Assembly: GCA_003693705.1 (NCBI GenBank)
Contig: RBZT01000797.1
Coordinates: forward strand, 1 to 38,228
Direction: 5' to 3'
Source of the DNA: Polymyxa betae A26-41
Lineage: Eukaryota; Protista; Endomyxa: Phytomyxea
DNA length: 38,228 bases
Numbering within the stretch: the stretch's first letter is position 1; the number at the start of each line of letters is the position of its first letter. The notes under the pieces are model-generated. The model was given only the letters and a program-made list of their open reading frames with translations, was not told where the DNA came from and did no database searches. A program made the translations under genes and the position numbers. Below are positions 33,680 through 38,228 of this stretch, one piece after another.

Positions 33680-35886
33680 AATCATTTTTTAGCATTGCAG
33701 TCAATCAAGTATTGCTTGATTTGATCTCTTTTCAATAAGGCGTGCGGTCTGCCTCCAGTTCTAGATTCTATCCAACGCCTGTGCTGCCATCGAAATGGAT
33801 CTTTTTATTTTCTTCGATCGTTTTTTTCGGGTTTAAAAGAATCTTTGGCATCAATGATGAGATTATGCAATACCACACATGAGACTATAGTTCGGGCAAT
33901 ACTCTCTGTCGACTTCATGTTTAGCGCCCGTTTCAATATTCTCCATCGGCCTTTCAGCAAACTGAATGCACGTTCGACGCAAATCCTTGTGCTAGAATGA
34001 AAATAGTTGAATCTCTTTTCATCCTTCGGCATGTCTTCGGTAATGTTATATGGAAGAATCATTACATCAGTTAGAGTGTAACCTGCATCGCCGATCAAAT
34101 GCATTCCTGGTGGAATTACCTGTACGATGTTTTGCCCGATCAGAGACATATTCCATAGATTCTTATCACTGCAAGATCCGGGTCGCATCGAGAAATTCAT
34201 AAATTTAGCGTTGCTATCGACGATGGCCTGCATATTTACTGCAGGAAAATTTTTCCTGCAGTACCAACTACGATGATTGATGAGTACAGTGTGAGTCACC
34301 TTAAAGAGACATTTTTGTTAGGAGCCACGTGGTTTGGTATCTGCGCTCAGAGATATGACGCAGTGGGCAATCAAATACTGTAAATCGATAGATCTCAATG
34401 AGCTGAGGAGAATCACAGAAAAAAAATCGAAAAATATAAAAATTGAAGGCTGCAATACAGTTGGAAGTTGTATGGAGATGAGCTGTGATGAAACAGCCCA
34501 AGTTTGCGTACGCACTTTGATCAGTTCCACTGTCGCATTTTTTGTGGCGACTGCGCACTTTTGTTGGCGCAGCCCGCTTCGCTGAAATAACAGGGCTGCT
34601 CCATGAATTGGTTGATCTGCAGTTTCTCTGTTGGCAATGGCGCCCAAGAACCGTACATGGAGGCAGCTGAGTGCTGCAAGAGACGTCCTGGCACAAAAGG
34701 CACGGGCCGTCGACAATTACTGAGCGAACAACCGGATTTTCGTAAGCTGAAGGAACGGCTCCAGGATGTCATTGAGAACCATGACGGACTCAAGATCGAT
34801 TTTTATCCGAAATTTAATTGTGAATTCAACTTTATTGAGATGTTCTGGGCCGCCTGTAAGTCATACACGCGTCGGATTTGCACTTATTCTTTTGAGGACC
34901 TTCAAAACTGTTCCATTGATCTTTCATCTATCAGGCGTTTTGCCAGAAAATGTTATCGATATATGGACGCCAATTGTCTGAGAGACAAAGAAGGTAAGCC
35001 TTTGACATCTCGTCAAATAGATTATGCTGTTAAGAAATACAAAAGCCATCGGCGATTTCCGATGCGCATTTATGAAGAATTAGAATAAAAAATATCGGAA
35101 ATCGAATTAAACCAACAAAAAACTTCACGAAAATTTCAAAACAAATTTCAAACCAATTTGAAACAAATGTCACTTTAAGATGACTCGCACTGTACTCTTA
35201 AGCTGTACAGCGGCAACAATTAACAATTGCTTTAATACCCTTCAAGATCTTCGGGGGGCTCAATCTCTAGAAGAGTGCCATCAACGGCGCCTGCAACATC
35301 GGGATAGCCATGGTGCCTCTGGAATTTCAGCTACGATTGCCCATTCATCGTTCTCTCTCCACTAACAGTTTCTTAGTCAGTATTGTGAGTAAGGAACAGA
35401 CAGACGATTCAGACGTTGATCAACATGGGGGATATTTTCTCCAGGACGTCATCATACTGTTGATCAGGACAACTGCAGTGGCTTTCGAGACTCCAAACAG
35501 ACTACCAGCTGTCTGGAAACCGGATGACTGAGCAAGGTAAGCCATGGTCATTGCAGGCTTCATTTTGTTGTCGACTAGAGCATTGACGGCAGGAAGCAAG
35601 CTGAGCCCAAGATCGGAGGCAAAAGATTCAATCCTTGTTGAAATAACATCGAATGTGCAATGATTCATCCGAAGATGGGCATGGAACCATCCATCTCCAC
35701 TTCCAGAATAAACTTGGTCCCAAATTTGTTTTTAAAAGTTGTCTGCTCGCTCTTTGGTCGTTTCGATCGTCTGCCGTCTGCAAAAAGCACGGATACTGTC
35801 GATTGCAGGCACCCAACAATGGCCTGAACGATGACAATGTCTTCTTCCGAAGAGGATCCTTCATCTACTTCTTGAAAGGCGACCAT
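33680..35886 (-). pseudogene. Harbinger DDE_Tnp_4 transposase, frameshifted; its intron (34268-35238) contains a Tc1-like element
   Basis: HLRMNHCTF, FGVSKATA, GYPDVAGAVDGTLLEI, (R)PEDLEG|WYCRKNFPAVNMQAIVD, PGSCSD, IGDAGY, FNYFHSSTRICVERAFSLLKGRWRIL, CVVLHN. Confidence 0.92.
34287..35192 (+). mobile_element. Internally deleted IS630/Tc1-like element of the fungal-type DDxE family
   Basis: TIR CAGTG(T/C)GAGTCA(C/T)CTTAAAG(A/T)GACATTT with TA TSD. ORF 34603-35088 has QPDF, FYPKFNCEFNFIEMFW..K, IRRFARK..RYMDA and KKYKSHRR. Confidence 0.92.
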
Positions 35887-36390
35887 CTCCTTTTTGCGTT
35901 CCGGAAAGACTGCGTTTTATCTACTTATTTAAAAAAGGAGATCGACGATCCCCTTAAATATTAAGGAGACAAAAAATGCGATCCACAGTCAGAGCTACTT
36001 AATAAGGAGACGCACAATAAGTAGATTCCTCGCCCTTCAACAAGCCTCTTACACGCGGTCTTACGCATATTTCTGCGGACACCCAGCGTAATACTGCTTT
36101 TCAGAATCCTTTCTGCGTTATCTTGCGAATTGTTAGAGCTGCGTAGCGGAATTGCAGGGCTTCGACGGATGTGAAGTCGCATTTTCCTGCCTTAGTCCAA
36201 ATTTGACATCAGTTCCAGCGTTTTTTCATGTTGCAAAATTCTGCTTTTCAAAATGAGAATAAAAAAGTTCTGTTGAAAAAATGATTTAATATTCATGTCT
36301 TTTTTGGAGACGTTCTGGTTCTGTTACTGGGTGCAGTTAAAGGCTCATGATTCCGATCACAGGGATCTTTACCTAAGTGAAAGGTCCTAT

Positions 36391-37190
36391 ATCGAATTTG
36401 CTATTGAAGCCAATACTGGTTTTGTTTTTCCAATTGCTTTTCATTCTGTTTACAATCTTTTACTGACTGTTTTCATGTATAGATTGGTCCTGTCTGGCCT
36501 GTTACTCGAGCAACTGGTCTCAAGATCGGGTCCCTATCAAGGCTGCAGGTATTAGATCGACTCTGTTATTAAAGCCAGTATTTACTTTCTTTCTCCAAAT
36601 TTTGTTTATTTACTTTTCTTATAGTTTACTGACTGTATTGTACAGGTTGGCCATGTTTGGCCTCTAATCGAGCAGATGGTTTTCAAGATCGGCGTCCCTT
36701 TCAAAAGCGGCAGGTAATATATCGACTCTTTTATTAAAGCCAATATTTACTTTCTTTCTTTAATTTTTGTTCATTCACTTTTCTTATAGTTTACTGATGG
36801 TATTAATGTACAGGTTGGCCATGTTTGGCCTCTATTCGAGCAGATGGTCTTCAAGATCGGCGGCTCTATCAAAGGCGGCATTTATTATATCGACTCTGTT
36901 ATTAAAGCCAGTATTTACTTTCTTTCTCCAAATTTTGTTTATTTACTTTTCTTATAGTTTACTGATTGTATTCATGTACAGGTTGGTCATGTTTGGCTTC
37001 TATTCGAGCAGATGGTCTTCAAGATGGGCGTCCCTATCGAAGGCGGCAGGTACTATATCGACTCTGTTATCAAAGCCAGTATCTTCAGTAATGTTTCTTT
37101 ATTCACTTCACTAATTTTAGCGATTGTATTCATGTATAAATTGGCCATATTTGGTATGGTATTCGAGATGTTGGCCAGCGATATTTATTA
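36391..37190. repeat. Tandem array of ~164-168-bp units, about 4.7 copies
   Basis: ATCGA(C/A)T.TG.TATT.AAGCCA unit starts at about 36391, 36557, 36721, 36889 and 37057. Confidence 0.93.
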
Positions 37191-37369
37191 TCTTCGTTTG
37201 CTTGCCTTCTTCTGTTTCTATTTTGAATTATGTTCTTTGTTATCTCCCTTTTATCTTCTTTCTTCATTGGCGGAAAAATTCACAATTTATTTCTAATAAA
37301 GTCTAGCATTGACCCCTACTATAGTTTGCTTCCAAGATGCCTTTTATTCCATTCAAGTTTGAATATCTA

Positions 37370-37560
37370 GCATCAGAATTCTTCAGCTCGATTAGCTCGA
37401 ATCACAAAATAGCCCTTGTGTCCTTGTAGCTTTCCCAGCATTATATTGATAGGCTCTACATTCTCCATGAACACCCATCGCGACCACTTTCGGTTCTCTG
37501 CAGGAGTCATTGGCTCTATCACGAATAAGCTGGTCACTGGATCAGTGGAATATCCCTCGC
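37370..37560 (-). pseudogene. CACTA transposase C-terminal tail (copy 3)
   Basis: PAENRKWSRWVFMENVEPINIMLGKLQGHKGY aligns with the end of copy 1, TAENKKWSQWV(F)MEAVEPVNIMLGKKERQKGY (~3840-3935). Confidence 0.75.
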
Positions 37561-38228
37561 CTTTTCTGTCTGGAGATCGATACCAGTAGACGTAGGTGAA
37601 AAAGTTCCGAATCGCGCGGACAGATGAACCTCAAACGCGCGATAGAAGGCTGCGACCGATTTCGAGTCCTGCGAACCCAACGGCCGTCTTTGAACGAATG
37701 ATCCGCCGATATCTCGTGGTAGAAGAACACGCGAGAGTCAGGGGTTCCGTCGAAGAGCCTGAAGAACGCCGTCAGCATGGTTTCGGGCGGACCATCTTTG
37801 AATGATGCGGGCCACAGAACGGGGATCTGCTGGATTAAACGACACGCGATGCTGCCCGTCCAGATGCTCCGACAGCCGCAGGACGTTGGGTGAGCGCCGT
37901 CGAGACGGAAGCCAGCAAGACGATACGCCGACTCCATCGAGGACACATAGCGTAAGCAATAGAATCGTGTGCATGTGCGGCAACACACGCTTCTGGAACT
38001 CGAGAATGGCGACGAAGGCCACGATACGGCCCAGGATTCGTTTCTTGGTCAATTCGTTCAGGAACGCCGCACGAAGCTGGTCGAACACTCGGCAGACGAT
38101 GTCGGGAAGATCACGCGCCTCTTGTCCGGGTAATATCTCTCGACGAATCTCCTCCCAGCCGGGATTGCAGGTGTACTGTTAGGTCGAGGTCTAGGAAATC
38201 CTGTATATGTCATGAATCTGCGCTACTT
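37561..38228 (-). pseudogene. Helitron Rep/Hel fragment (HUH Rep motifs), internally deleted
   Basis: TCNPGWEEI..ILPGQ..DLPDIVCRVF, LEFQKRVLPHMHTIL (HUH motif), RYVSSMESAYRL, RLSEHLDGQ, TMLTAFF and ELFHLRLL. Confidence 0.92.

Larger units (their letters stand above)
32445..36048. mobile_element. Complete Harbinger DNA transposon (Myb/SANT gene plus convergent transposase)
   Basis: ~45-bp TIR GAGGCT(G/T)GTTGAAG(T/G)GCGAGGAATCTA..T.TTGTGCGTCTCCTT; TTA TSD at 32442-44 and 36049-51. Confidence 0.95.
31690..36190 (-). pseudogene. Degraded putative Myb-like/coiled-coil gene split by the Harbinger insertion (pieces 31690-32441 and 36052-36190)
   Basis: The flanks rejoin at TTA. Fragments LRWVSAE, CEMIA, KIASRADFF, YY and a Q/E/R-rich tail are reminiscent of transposon-associated Myb-like proteins; the match is weak. 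Confidence 0.3.

Noticed and set aside
34282-35197. Sola-type element with GAG termini and TTAA TSD
   Set aside because: TTAA is present on one side only, the transposase motifs are IS630/Tc1-like, and a TA TSD fits.
36646-36713. Tandemly repeated coding exon
   Set aside because: The candidate exon is 68 nt (not a multiple of 3) and the donor site is mutated in one unit.
1-38228. Fanzor/TnpB nuclease or other RNA-guided cargo in the mariner, Helitron or Harbinger elements
   Set aside because: I saw no RuvC pattern (D-PG, E..TS..C, RD.NA) in the provided ORFs or the unassigned regions I translated; the DPG motifs at ~21950 and ~22066 belong to the DDE transposase. A degraded copy cannot be excluded without an HMM search.

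Overview
Eukaryotic, transposon-saturated window with no intact host gene that I can recognise. Short GT-AG introns (mostly 45-65 nt) and the transposon families point to a microbial eukaryote such as an oomycete, plasmodiophorid or early-diverging fungus; that assignment is inference. From left to right: a chromodomain Ty3/gypsy tail; a non-autonomous Helitron-like element joined head-to-tail to a second copy; a CACTA/EnSpm transposase relic followed by a CGA-rich array; PIF/Harbinger and MULE relics; a four-layer LTR nest (gypsy > solo LTR B > full-length copia > solo LTR C, the three inner layers each with a 5-bp TSD); a mariner relic; three near-full-length Harbinger-type DDE transposases, two with TIRs and a convergent partner gene; a complete pogo-type element; a second CACTA copy interrupted by a solo LTR and a deleted hAT; a Tc1/IS630-like element inside a Harbinger intron; a ~168-bp tandem array; a third CACTA tail; and a Helitron Rep fragment. 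The most unusual signals are: (1) a copia primer-binding site complementary to the anticodon arm of tRNA-Lys(CUU), implying half-tRNA-Lys priming; (2) a TCCG-N3-CGGA palindrome just upstream of the TATA box in three otherwise dissimilar LTR families; (3) a Harbinger-like partner protein ending in a SHOCT-like motif. All calls come from reading motifs by eye, without database searches.
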